Assembly (NCBI GenBank): GCA_963742735.1
Contig: CAVUMN010000003.1
Span: forward strand, 64,001 to 128,000
Direction: 5' to 3'
Source of the DNA: an uncultured Actinomycetes bacterium
GTDB taxonomy: Bacteria; Actinomycetota; UBA4738; JBBDTT01
Length of the DNA: 64,000 nt
The position numbers and the translations under genes are program-made. Under the pieces are notes generated by a model, which ran no database searches, was not told the DNA's origin, and was given only the letters and a program-made list of their open reading frames with translations. Position 1 is the stretch's first letter. Each line of letters starts with the position of its first letter. This document shows, piece after piece, positions 19,508 through 28,752 of this stretch.

Positions 19508-19798
19508 GTGACCTCGAGAGCCGATTGCCTGGAGTGCCACTCGGCCGGGTCGGTCGAGCGGGGGCTCTGCCAGGTCTGCTACGCCGAGCCCGGCGAGGGC
19601 CCGTCGCCGGCCGCCGACCTGAGGTTCGCCGACGTGCTCGACGAGCTGGGGGCGATCGTGAGCCTGGCGACTTCGGTCGAGGACGGCGAGATGCTCGCGG
19701 CGGCATGCCGTCGGGCCGAGCGACTGCTGCGCTCCCTCCGCGAGCAGTTTCACGCCGACCTGGGCCTTCCCCAGCCGGTGTTGGCCCCCGCGCGCTGA
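19508..19798 (+). CDS. small Cys-rich hypothetical protein
   Basis: CLECH..CQVC then helical region; GC-rich codon usage; leaderless start after a PHO promoter. Confidence 0.7.
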   Translation: MTSRADCLECHSAGSVERGLCQVCYAEPGEGPSPAADLRFADVLDELGAIVSLATSVEDGEMLAAACRRAERLLRSLREQFHADLGLPQPVLAPAR

Positions 19799-19819
19799 GC
19801 AAAGCGAACACCGGGGAAG

Positions 19820-19874
19820 GTTCATCCCTCGTTCATCTTCGGGCCAGGGTCCCGACACGAGCCATGCCTAGGGT
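19820..19874 (+). promoter_or_regulatory. PHO box plus -10 of pstS
   Basis: GTTCATCCCTC GTTCATCTTCG at 19820-19841; TAGGGT at 19869. Confidence 0.8.
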
Positions 19875-20021
19875 TCGCGTGGTGGCTGCACGAGATGTGA
19901 CCGGAACCCATTCCGGCCCCGGGCCTTCCCGGGAGGCGATCCGTACTCCCCTCTCCTCGGACCGCCTTCCGGGAAGGCCCGCTCGTATGCCCGTCGTCCC
20001 GATCCCGAAGGAGGGAATGCA

Positions 20022-21071
20022 TTGAAGAAGGGGAAGCTTCGCGCCCTGGCGAGCGGGATTCTTGCGTTCGCCCTCGTCGGCGCTGCCTGCGGCAACGACA
20101 CGACCGATCCCGGCACGAACGGCAATGGCGTCGCCCTGCCCGACTGTCTGAACCTCGGCGACCTGTACGCGCTCGCCGGGCCCGAGTCCGAGGGCTTCGC
20201 GAGCTGGTCGGACGCCAACACGCTGGCCGAGGAGGTCGGTGGGACCGGCGGGTTCCCCGACGCGCCGCTCGAGATCACGGCGCCGGGTGAGGAGTCCGGA
20301 ACGTACGACGCCTTCATCGAGCTGGCCCTGCTGGACACGGCCGAGGCCCGGTTGGAGGAGGGGAAGGTCACCGAAGACATGGTCGAGACCACCCGGGCCG
20401 ACTACCAGGCCTCGGGGAACGACAACACGATCATCGACGGCATCGCGGGCTCCGACAGCTCGTTCGGCTGGGTCGGGTACGCCTTCTACGTGCAGAACAC
20501 GGACGTGGTGAAGGCCTTCGAGATCGACGGGGGCGACGGCTGCGTGGCCCCGAGCGAGGAGACGATCGCCGACGCGTCGTACCCGATCTCGCGGAGCCTC
20601 TACATCTACGTCAACAAGGCGAAGGCGAACGAGAAATCGGCGGTGCAGGCGTACGTCGACTTCTACCTGAGCGAAGCGGGTCTGAGCGGCGCGGTGGCCG
20701 AGACGGGGTACGTGGTGCTCCCGTCGGACCGTCTCAGCGGCGCGCAGCAGACGTGGGAGAGCGAGGGTCCCTCGGGGGAGGCCTCGGGCGACCTAACCGG
20801 CGACGTCTTCGTCTCCGGTTCGTCCACGGTTGAGCCCATCTCGGCGCTCGTCGCGGAGCTCTTCAACGAGGAGAATCCCGACGTGGCGATCAACGTCGAG
20901 GGTCCGGGAACGGGCGACGGGTTTGAGCTGTTCTGCGCCGGGGAGACCGACATCTCCGACGCGTCTCGACCGATCAAGGACGAGGAGGCACAGGTCTGCG
21001 CGGACGCGGGCATCGAATACATCGAGCTCGAGGTCGCGTTCGACGGCATCGCCGTCCTGACCGCCGCCTAG
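20022..21071 (+). CDS. pstS: phosphate ABC transporter substrate-binding lipoprotein, circularly permuted
   Basis: lipobox GAAC; SGT, YPISRSLYIY, then GSSTV/GTGDG/DASR at the C-terminus. Confidence 0.88.
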   Translation: MKKGKLRALASGILAFALVGAACGNDTTDPGTNGNGVALPDCLNLGDLYALAGPESEGFASWSDANTLAEEVGGTGGFPDAPLEITAPGEESGTYDAFIELALLDTAEARLEEGKVTEDMVETTRADYQASGNDNTIIDGIAGSDSSFGWVGYAFYVQNTDVVKAFEIDGGDGCVAPSEETIADASYPISRSLYIYVNKAKANEKSAVQAYVDFYLSEAGLSGAVAETGYVVLPSDRLSGAQQTWESEGPSGEASGDLTGDVFVSGSSTVEPISALVAELFNEENPDVAINVEGPGTGDGFELFCAGETDISDASRPIKDEEAQVCADAGIEYIELEVAFDGIAVLTAA

Positions 21072-21091
21072 CTCGAACGCTCCGGAGCAGG

Positions 21092-21119
21092 AGGGGGCCG
21101 GCCTTCGGGCCGGCCCTTT
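21092..21119 (+). terminator. stem-loop after pstS
   Basis: GGGGGCCGGCC-TTCG-GGCCGGCCCTT. Confidence 0.7.
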
Positions 21120-21138
21120 CGCGTCCATCCCTACCTCC

Positions 21139-21193
21139 GTTCATGTTCCGTTCACCCGTGGGACTCGTGGCGTTCAGGGGCCCTTGTTAGCGT
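21139..21193 (+). promoter_or_regulatory. PHO box plus -10 of pstC
   Basis: GTTCATGTTCC GTTCACCCGTG at 21139-21160; TAGCGT at 21188. Confidence 0.78.
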
Positions 21194-21200
21194 CCGGACC

Positions 21201-22141
21201 GTGAGCGACGCGACCCTCGCCACCCCCCCGGCCGTCACGCTCGACACCCTTCGCGGGAACCCCAAGCGCCGGCGGCGTGAATCGTTTATCCGCAGGACGT
21301 TCCTCGCCGCAGCCGCGCTGTCGATCGTCATCAACATCCTCATCGTGCTGTCGCTCTTCGATGGCACGTGGGAGTTCCTGCGTAACGTCGACATCGGCTC
21401 GCTGTTCTCGCGCGGCTGGTTCCCTCGTCGCGGGCTGTACGACATCAAGACGATCATGGCCGGGACCCTCCTTGTCTCCGTGATCGCAATGGTCGTCGCG
21501 GCGCCGCTGGGGCTCGGCGCCGCGATGTTCCTGTCCGAGTACGCGAGCCGCAAGACGCGGCGGAGGCTCAAGCCGGTGCTCGAGATCCTGGCCGGCGTTC
21601 CCAGCGTGGTCATGGGGTACTTCGCGCTGGCCTGGATCAGCCCCGAGATCATGCAGCGGTTCTTCGGGGCCACCACGTTCAACCTGGGCGCGGCCGGGAT
21701 CGGGGTGGGCATCCTGATCACGCCGCTGGTGGCCTCGGTGGCGGAGGACGCCATGCACGCGGTGCCGCAGTCGCTCCGGGAGGCAGCCTACGGACTCGGG
21801 TCGCGGCAGCGGACCGCCACCCTGCGGATCGTGTTTCCGGCGGCGGTATCGGGAATCGTGGCCGCGCTGATCCTCGGGTTCTCCCGAGCTATCGGGGAGA
21901 CGCTCGTGGTGTCGCTGGCCGCGGGGGAACGGGCGGCTCGCTGTTCACGCTCGATCCGACGCATCCCGGCCAGACGATGACCGCGGCGATGACCGCGTTG
22001 GCGACGGGCTCCGACGAGGTCAAGGGTGCCAGCGAGGCGTTCGACAGCCTGTTCTTCGTCGGCTCCTTGCTGTTTCTCATCACGCTGACGCTGAACATCA
22101 TGAGCGAGCGTTTCGTGCGCCGCGTCCGGAGACGCTACTGA
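21201..22141 (+). CDS. pstC: phosphate ABC transporter permease (one G missing in the run 21923-21927)
   Basis: LEILAGVPSVV, LREAAYGLG, SRAIGET; corrected frame gives QTMTA...RRRY-TGA overlapping the pstA ATG. Confidence 0.88.
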
Positions 22142-23094
22142 TGGCCCGCGAGGTGACGGCCCGGCGTCTCCCGGGCGTGGACACAGCGGAGGTCGTCCGG
22201 CGCGCCATCCACGGCAAGGGCCGCGACCCCGGGGGCGTCCTGTTCTCGGGACTTCTGTTGCTGGCGTTGCTCCTGGCCCTCGCCGTGCTCCTGGTCCTGC
22301 TCGGCCAGATCACGAGCAAGGGCCTCCCGCTCCTGCAGGACCGGGGAACCAGCTTCCTGACCGACAACATCTCCTCGCTGCCCCAGCGCGCGGGGATCGC
22401 CCAGGGCATCAGGGGGTCGGTGACGATCGTGGTCTTCGTGATCCTGTTCGCGTTCCCGCTGGGGATCGGGGCCGCGATCTACCTGGAGGAGTACGCGCGG
22501 GACACTCGCTTCACCAGGATCGTCACCGCGAACATCCGCAACCTGGCCGGGGTCCCCGCGATTGTGTACGGCTTGCTCGGTATCGCGATCTTCGTCAACT
22601 ACCGTCCGCTCGCCGGGATCACGGGCGGCCGGAGCGTTATCAGCGCCGGGATGACGATCTCGATCCTGGTCCTGCCCATCGTGGTGATCACCGCGGCCGA
22701 GGCGCTTCGGGCGGTGCCGTACAGCATCCGCGAGGCGGGGTTCGGCGTCGGGGCCACCCGGTGGGAAGTCATCCGAAGCCACGTCCTGCCCTACGCGGCG
22801 CCGGGGATCCTCACCGGCACCGTGCTCACGATCGCCCGCGCGTTCGGCGAGGCCGCGCCGCTGGTCATGATCGGCGCCGCCACGGGGTTCCTGTCCACGG
22901 GGAGCGCGGGGCTCGTCGACCAGCTCCAGGGTCCGTACACGGCGCTGCCCGTCCAGGTGTACGACTTCGCGACCCGGAACCTGCGGGTCTTCAGTCAGCA
23001 TTCCGCGGCCGCGAGCATGGTGCTGCTCGCGATCCTCCTGGTCGTGAACGGCACCGCCATCGTCCTGAGGAACCGATATGAGCGAAAGTGGTGA
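22141..23094 (+). CDS. pstA: phosphate ABC transporter permease
   Basis: [31 protein letters not shown]. Confidence 0.93.
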   Translation: MAREVTARRLPGVDTAEVVRRAIHGKGRDPGGVLFSGLLLLALLLALAVLLVLLGQITSKGLPLLQDRGTSFLTDNISSLPQRAGIAQGIRGSVTIVVFVILFAFPLGIGAAIYLEEYARDTRFTRIVTANIRNLAGVPAIVYGLLGIAIFVNYRPLAGITGGRSVISAGMTISILVLPIVVITAAEALRAVPYSIREAGFGVGATRWEVIRSHVLPYAAPGILTGTVLTIARAFGEAAPLVMIGAATGFLSTGSAGLVDQLQGPYTALPVQVYDFATRNLRVFSQHSAAASMVLLAILLVVNGTAIVLRNRYERKW

Positions 23095-23965
23095 TGAGCG
23101 GATGGACGCGGAGCTGATCCAGCGGGGCGAGGACGCTCCGGTACGGCGCGTGGAGGTCCACGTGACGGACGAGGCCGAGGACGCGAAGCGGCCGGTCATC
23201 TTCGACGTGCTTGGCCTCTCGGTGTTCTACGGCGACTTCCGGGCGGTCCGCGACGTGATGCTCCCCATTCGGCAGAACGAGATCACCGCGTTGATCGGCC
23301 CGTCCGGCTGCGGCAAGACGACGATCCTGCGTTGCTTCAACCGGATGAACGACTTGATCGAGGGCGCACGGGTGGAGGGCACGATCCTGTATCACGGGGT
23401 GAACCTCTACGACGACCGGGTCGACGCCGTCGAGGTCCGCCGCCGCATCGGCATGGTGTTCCAGAAGCCGAACCCGTTCCCGAAGTCGATCTACGACAAC
23501 ATCGCGTTCGGGCCGAGGATCGCCGGCTACAAGGACAACATGGACGACCTCGTCGAGCAGTCGTTGCGCAAAGCGGCGCTGTGGGACGAGGTGAAGGGCA
23601 AGTTGAAGGACTCCGGCATGGCCCTCTCCGGCGGCCAGCAGCAGCGGCTGTGCATCGCCCGGGCCATCGCCGTGAGCCCGGACGTGATCCTGATGGACGA
23701 GCCGTGCTCGGCGCTGGATCCCATCGCCACCCTGCGCATCGAGGAGCTTATGCGCGAGCTGGTCAGCGAGTACACGATCGTGATCGTGACCCACAACATG
23801 CAGCAGGCCGCCCGGGTCTCGGACCGGACCGCGTTCTTCACGGTGGACGTGAAGGAGGACGGCCAGCGGACCGGTACGCTCGTGGAGCACGACTTGACCG
23901 AGCGGATGTTCACGAACCCCTCGGATCAACGAACCGAGGACTACGTGACCGGGAGGTTCGGCTGA
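23078..23965 (+). CDS. pstB: phosphate ABC transporter ATP-binding protein (start could be 23102)
   Basis: [39 protein letters not shown]. Confidence 0.95.
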   Translation: MSESGDERMDAELIQRGEDAPVRRVEVHVTDEAEDAKRPVIFDVLGLSVFYGDFRAVRDVMLPIRQNEITALIGPSGCGKTTILRCFNRMNDLIEGARVEGTILYHGVNLYDDRVDAVEVRRRIGMVFQKPNPFPKSIYDNIAFGPRIAGYKDNMDDLVEQSLRKAALWDEVKGKLKDSGMALSGGQQQRLCIARAIAVSPDVILMDEPCSALDPIATLRIEELMRELVSEYTIVIVTHNMQQAARVSDRTAFFTVDVKEDGQRTGTLVEHDLTERMFTNPSDQRTEDYVTGRFG

Positions 23966-24663
23966 TGGCTCAGCCCAGGCGCAGGTTCCACGAGGACCTC
24001 GACTGGCTCGAGCGCCAGATCGTCGCGATGGGCGAGCTCTCCGAGCGCGCGGTCGGCAAGGCGGTCGAGGCGCTCGCCACCCAGGACGAGGGCCTGGCCG
24101 CCGAGGTCATCGCGGGGGACGACGAGATCGACTCGGCTTACATGGAGGTCGAGCGCCGCGTCCTGGACATCATCGCCATGCAGAACCCGGTGGCGTCCGA
24201 CCTTCGGCTGGTCTCGGCGACCTGGCACATCAACCTGCACCTGGAGCGCATCGGCGACATGGCCGTGAACATCGCCAAGATCGCGAACGTCACCCGGGAG
24301 CTGCCGCGCGACGAGCGCGTCGTGAGCCACCTCCGGGAGATGTCCGACGTCGTGCGGCCCATGATCCGTACGGCCCTCGAGGCCTTCGCCCTGCGCGATC
24401 TCGAGCTCGCCCTGAGGCTCCCCAGCATGGACGACCCGGTGGACCGGTTGAACCGTGGGCTGTACGGACAGATCGTCGGCCTCTCGCCCGACGTCCAGCT
24501 GCTCGAGTGGGGGATCCGCATGAACGTGGTGTCGCGGCAGCTCGAGCGATGCGGGGATCACGCGGTGGACATCGCCGAACAGGTCGCGTTCCTGCTCACC
24601 GGCGAGTTCCGGGAGTTCACCGACGCCTCGCATCCGCCGGGGATGGGACCGAATGCGGGCTGA
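23965..24663 (+). CDS. phoU: phosphate signalling complex protein
   Basis: PVASDLR, LERIGD, LERCGDHA; TGATG coupling. Confidence 0.93.
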   Translation: MAQPRRRFHEDLDWLERQIVAMGELSERAVGKAVEALATQDEGLAAEVIAGDDEIDSAYMEVERRVLDIIAMQNPVASDLRLVSATWHINLHLERIGDMAVNIAKIANVTRELPRDERVVSHLREMSDVVRPMIRTALEAFALRDLELALRLPSMDDPVDRLNRGLYGQIVGLSPDVQLLEWGIRMNVVSRQLERCGDHAVDIAEQVAFLLTGEFREFTDASHPPGMGPNAG

Positions 24664-25357
24664 CGGCCAGGCCCGGATCCTGCTGGTCGAGGACGAGGAG
24701 TCGCTGGCCGACACCGTGCGCTACAACCTGGAGCGCGAGGGATACGCGGTGCGGGTGAGCGGTGACGGTCGCGGCGCCCTCGCGCGTTTTCGTGAGGAGA
24801 CGCCGGACCTGGTGATCCTCGACCTGATGCTTCCGGAGATGAGCGGCCTGGACTTGTGCAAGCGGATCCGAGAGGACAGCGACGTCCCGATCATCATCGT
24901 CACCGCCAAGGACTCGGAGGCCGACAAGGTCGCCGGCCTGGAGCTCGGAGCGGACGACTACGTCACGAAGCCGTTCTCGGTCCGGGAGCTGATCAGCCGC
25001 GTTCGGGCGAACCTGCGGCGGGCCCGGGCCGCCTCGCTGCAGCGCGAGCCGGAGGACGAGGTCCTGGGCGGCGGCCCGGTCGAGCTCGACGTCGGCCGGC
25101 ACGAGGTGCGCGTCCGGGGCGAGTCGGTGCCGTTCCCTCCCAAGGAGTTCGAGCTCCTCGAGACGTTCCTGCGACGCAAGGACCGGCTGGTGACGCGGGA
25201 CTTCTTGATCGACCACGTGTGGGGCCCCGAGTACTTCGGCGACACGAAGACCCTGGACGTCCACGTGAAGCGGATCCGGCGCAAGATCGAGCAGGATCCC
25301 CATCGGCCGGTCCATCTGGTCACGGTCCGAGGTCTCGGGTACAAGTTCGTCGAATAG
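24653..25357 (+). CDS. OmpR-family response regulator (PhoP/RegX3-like)
   Basis: LDLMLP, GADDYVTKPF, GDTKTLDVHVKRIR, TVRGLGY. Confidence 0.92.
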   Translation: MRADGQARILLVEDEESLADTVRYNLEREGYAVRVSGDGRGALARFREETPDLVILDLMLPEMSGLDLCKRIREDSDVPIIIVTAKDSEADKVAGLELGADDYVTKPFSVRELISRVRANLRRARAASLQREPEDEVLGGGPVELDVGRHEVRVRGESVPFPPKEFELLETFLRRKDRLVTRDFLIDHVWGPEYFGDTKTLDVHVKRIRRKIEQDPHRPVHLVTVRGLGYKFVE

Positions 25358-25377
25358 GCCGGCCCCGCCACCTGTCC

Positions 25378-25421
25378 GTTCACCTTGCGTTCCGCTATCG
25401 TTCGCCCGGCGTTCATCCACT
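25378..25421 (+). promoter_or_regulatory. four tandem PHO repeats overlapping a -10
   Basis: GTTC at 25378, 25389, 25400 and 25411; TATCGT at 25396. Confidence 0.78.
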
Positions 25422-25441
25422 TACCGAAGGGGAAGCCGGTC

Positions 25442-26068
25442 GTGGCACGCAGGAAGTTCCGACTCATCCCTCGAGACGAGGGCTTCTTCGAGCTCTTCGT
25501 GGCGCAGGCGGAGCACATCGAGAAGGCCGCCGAGCTGTTCCTGGACATCGTCTCCACCTTCGAGGACGTGCCGAAGAAGGCCTCCCGGCTGCACGACCTC
25601 GAGCACGACGGCGACGAGCTCACCCACCGGATCATGCGCCGGCTGAACACGACGTTCGTGACCCCGATCGACCACGAGGACATCCACGCGCTGGCGTCGG
25701 CGCTCGACGACGTCCTGGACCACATCGACGCCGCGGCCGATCTGTTGGTGCTCCACAAGATCGAGAAGCCGCTGCCCGAGATGAAGGCGCAGGCGGACGT
25801 GATCGTCCAGACCGCCCGCACGACTCGGGAGGCCCTCCAGCAGCTCCCCAGGTTCAACCAGCTGGAGAACTACTGGGTCGAGATCAACCGGCTCGAGAAC
25901 GACGGGGACAAGATCTACCGGCGGGCCGTGGCCGACCTGTTCTCCGGGAACTTCAAGGCCATGGACGTGCTGAAGTGGAAGGGCGTCATCGACGAGCTCG
26001 AGGCCGCGATCGACCAGCTCGAGGACGTCGCCAACCTGCTCGAGGGCCTCGCGCTGAAGCAGTCCTAG
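25442..26068 (+). CDS. DUF47 / Pit accessory protein
   Basis: LEHDGD, TFVTPIDHEDI, LENDGD; RBS before GTG 25442. Confidence 0.9.
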   Translation: MARRKFRLIPRDEGFFELFVAQAEHIEKAAELFLDIVSTFEDVPKKASRLHDLEHDGDELTHRIMRRLNTTFVTPIDHEDIHALASALDDVLDHIDAAADLLVLHKIEKPLPEMKAQADVIVQTARTTREALQQLPRFNQLENYWVEINRLENDGDKIYRRAVADLFSGNFKAMDVLKWKGVIDELEAAIDQLEDVANLLEGLALKQS

Positions 26069-26077
26069 GTGCTCTAG

Positions 26078-27070
26078 ATGCCCTTCTGGCTCGTCGTCGC
26101 GCTGGCCTATCTGTTCGAGTTCGCGAACGGGTGGACCGACGCGCCCAACTCCATCGCCACGGTCGTCTCGACCCGCGTGCTGCGCCCGTTCCAGGCGGTC
26201 GCGATGGCGGGTGTCCTGAACCTGGTCGGGGCGCTCTCCGGCACTGCGGTCGCGAAGACGATCGCGTCGGGCATCGTGGACACCCAGCTGGTGACGCTCG
26301 AGACGGTGGCCGCGGCGGTACTGGCCGCGACCATCTGGGCCCTCGGCGCGCAGCACTTCGGCCTGCCGTCCAGCGAGTCGCACGCGCTGGTGGCGGGGCT
26401 GCTCGGCGCCGGGTTCGCCGCCGGCGGGCTGCACGGTCTGGAGTGGGAGGGGACCAAGAAGTCGCTCATCGGGCTCGTCACGTCGCCGGTCGGGGGGTTC
26501 CTGATGGGCCTGCTGATCATGGTTCTGATCTACCGCCTGTTCGCGCGGGTTCGACGAGCCGTCGTCCGTCGCATCTTCGGCCGCGCGCAGATCCTGTCCG
26601 CCGCGTTCATGGCCTTCAGCCACGGGACGAACGACGCGCAGAAGACGATGGGGATCATCACGCTGGCGATCCTGCTGCGGAACCACCCCGCGGGTGGGGT
26701 TCCCTCGGAGTTCAGCATCCCGCTGTGGGTGATCGTCTCGGCCGCGGTCGTCATGGGGCTGGGCACGATGGTCGGCGGGTGGCGCGTGGTGCGAACCCTC
26801 GGCGTGCGCATGACGAAGCTGGAACCCGTCCAGGGGTTCGCGGCGGAGACAGGCGCGGCGATCGTGATCACCAGCGCGGCGCAGCTGGGCATCCCCGTCT
26901 CGACGACCCACGCGATCGGCACGTCGATCATGGGGGTCGGCGCCACCAAGCGGGTCTCGGCCGTGCGCTGGGGGGTGGCCGGTCAGGTCGTGACGGCGTG
27001 GATCCTGACCTGGCCGGCCTGCATGCTCCTCGGGTTCGTCCTGGAGAAGCTCTTCGCCGGAATCTTCTGA
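26078..27070 (+). CDS. pit: inorganic phosphate transporter
   Basis: NGWTDAPNSIAT, HGTNDAQK, PVSTTH. Confidence 0.92.
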   Translation: MPFWLVVALAYLFEFANGWTDAPNSIATVVSTRVLRPFQAVAMAGVLNLVGALSGTAVAKTIASGIVDTQLVTLETVAAAVLAATIWALGAQHFGLPSSESHALVAGLLGAGFAAGGLHGLEWEGTKKSLIGLVTSPVGGFLMGLLIMVLIYRLFARVRRAVVRRIFGRAQILSAAFMAFSHGTNDAQKTMGIITLAILLRNHPAGGVPSEFSIPLWVIVSAAVVMGLGTMVGGWRVVRTLGVRMTKLEPVQGFAAETGAAIVITSAAQLGIPVSTTHAIGTSIMGVGATKRVSAVRWGVAGQVVTAWILTWPACMLLGFVLEKLFAGIF

Positions 27071-27071
27071 C

Positions 27072-27890
27072 TCAGTCCACCGGCTCCAGCTCGAACGGCA
27101 CGATCTCCGCCGGCGCAACCGCCTCGGTGAGCAGCTCCCGAAGCTCGCGCCGCCGTCGCCGACCGACCAGCAGCCGCCACGCTCCAAGCGCCAGCAAGGT
27201 GGAACCCGCGCCGATCCCGAACCACCATGGAGCGCTCCTGCCGGCGGAGGCCACCCGCGCTTGCAGGACCTCGATCCGAGACTCCAACTTCCCGATCCGC
27301 TCTCCCCACGCGGAGACCGTGCTCGAGCCGGCGGCGTTGAGATCCACGGCGTCGATCCGATGGTTGAGGTCTCGTTCGAGGCCGTCGATCCGCGCATACA
27401 GCGGTCGCTGGATGCGGTCCATGCGCTGGAGCAACCGCGCCTCGAGCGGAGATTCCACGATGCGGAACCACTCACCGAAGAAGTCGCCGAACTGGGTGCG
27501 GCATCCCCAGTCACAGACGGTGACGGCGTATTCGCCGGAGGGCACATGCGGCACGACGAACGAGAAGGTGACGATCGCCTCGTTGACGCGCGCGGAGCGG
27601 GCGACGCTGGCTCGTCCCAGCAGCATGGCGTCCGGGGGTGGGTACGAGGCGTCGCTCCCTGCCCGCCACTCGAGGAGATAGACGAACCAAGGGCCGTCTC
27701 CGATCCACCCCGTGTCCCATTGATGGACGGTGGCGGTGGCTCCGGCGTCGGATCCCGGCACGCGATAGATGGACTGAGGACCCCCGGCGGGGTCCCAGTC
27801 GACGTCGGCGCCGCCACCCGCCCCGGCCACTCCAGGGACGAGCAGCAGGGCGACGATCAGCGGGAGCACGAACAGCAGGCGACTGCGCAT
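27072..27890 (-). CDS. hypothetical exported protein with coiled coil and C-terminal membrane anchor
   Basis: signal peptide, GAGGAGG RBS, TM followed by RRRRRR. Confidence 0.7.
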   Translation of the reverse strand: MRSRLLFVLPLIVALLLVPGVAGAGGGADVDWDPAGGPQSIYRVPGSDAGATATVHQWDTGWIGDGPWFVYLLEWRAGSDASYPPPDAMLLGRASVARSARVNEAIVTFSFVVPHVPSGEYAVTVCDWGCRTQFGDFFGEWFRIVESPLEARLLQRMDRIQRPLYARIDGLERDLNHRIDAVDLNAAGSSTVSAWGERIGKLESRIEVLQARVASAGRSAPWWFGIGAGSTLLALGAWRLLVGRRRRRELRELLTEAVAPAEIVPFELEPVD

Positions 27891-27969
27891 GGGTTCCTCC
27901 TCGAACGAGGTCTTCACCCCACATGACCGGGCGAACCCCGCGAGAGTTCCCTGCCTAGACTCGGAAACC

Positions 27970-28752
27970 ATGCGGCCCGGCAACTATCCCGAGCAGGCGG
28001 AGACGTACGACCGAACGCGTGGGGCCAGCCCGAGCGTCGTCCGCGCTCTGGTCAGACATCTCGGCCCGGCGGAGGGGCGGTCGCTGCTCGACGTCGCCGG
28101 GGGGACCGGCAACTACGCGCAAGTGCTCGCGGCCCGCGGGTTCTCCCTGACGGTCGTGGACGCGGAGCCCGCCATGCTGGCGCGAAGCGTCGACAAGCTC
28201 GGCCCGGGCCACGCGATCGTCGGCGACGCCACGGCCCTGCCGGTGCGCGACGCCTCCGTCGACGCGGTCACGATCGTCAGCGCGATCCACCTCTTCGACG
28301 ACCCGCCGGCGGCGCTCGCCGAGGCGCGCAGGGTGATCCGCGCCGGCCCGCTGGTCCTGATGGCCTTCACGCGGGAGAACCTGGAGCCGCTGTTCGCCTA
28401 CGAGTACTTCGAGGGGACGTTTCCGGCCGAGATCCGCACCAACGAGGCGGAGGTGGTGTCCATGCTCCGTGAGGCCGGCTTCGAGTCGGTGGAGGCCGAC
28501 CGTGTCGTCTACGTGGACCGCGCCGACGGGTCGCTGTCGGCGCTGCACACCGACCCCTTCGCGCTGGCCGGCGAGGCGTACCTGCGAAACACCTCGTTCT
28601 GGCATCGAACCGACCCGGAGGTCCGCGTGCGGGGACTGAAGGCGCTGCACGAGGACCTTCGAAGCGGACGTCTGGCCGAGCGGGTCGAGGAGTCGATGCG
28701 CGTCGCCGGACGCACCGGCCACATCACCGCGTTCGCGGCGCGGCCGGCCTAG
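27970..28752 (+). CDS. class I SAM-dependent methyltransferase
   Basis: LLDVAGGTG, GDATALP. Confidence 0.85.
   Translation: MRPGNYPEQAETYDRTRGASPSVVRALVRHLGPAEGRSLLDVAGGTGNYAQVLAARGFSLTVVDAEPAMLARSVDKLGPGHAIVGDATALPVRDASVDAVTIVSAIHLFDDPPAALAEARRVIRAGPLVLMAFTRENLEPLFAYEYFEGTFPAEIRTNEAEVVSMLREAGFESVEADRVVYVDRADGSLSALHTDPFALAGEAYLRNTSFWHRTDPEVRVRGLKALHEDLRSGRLAERVEESMRVAGRTGHITAFAARPA

Noticed and set aside
19526-19540. CxxCH as a cytochrome c heme site
   Set aside because: No export signal; the second CxxC favours a zinc site
25378-25421. Short periodic repeats as a CRISPR or iteron array
   Set aside because: The 11-nt period with a GTTC core fits PhoP boxes; no spacers, cas or rep genes
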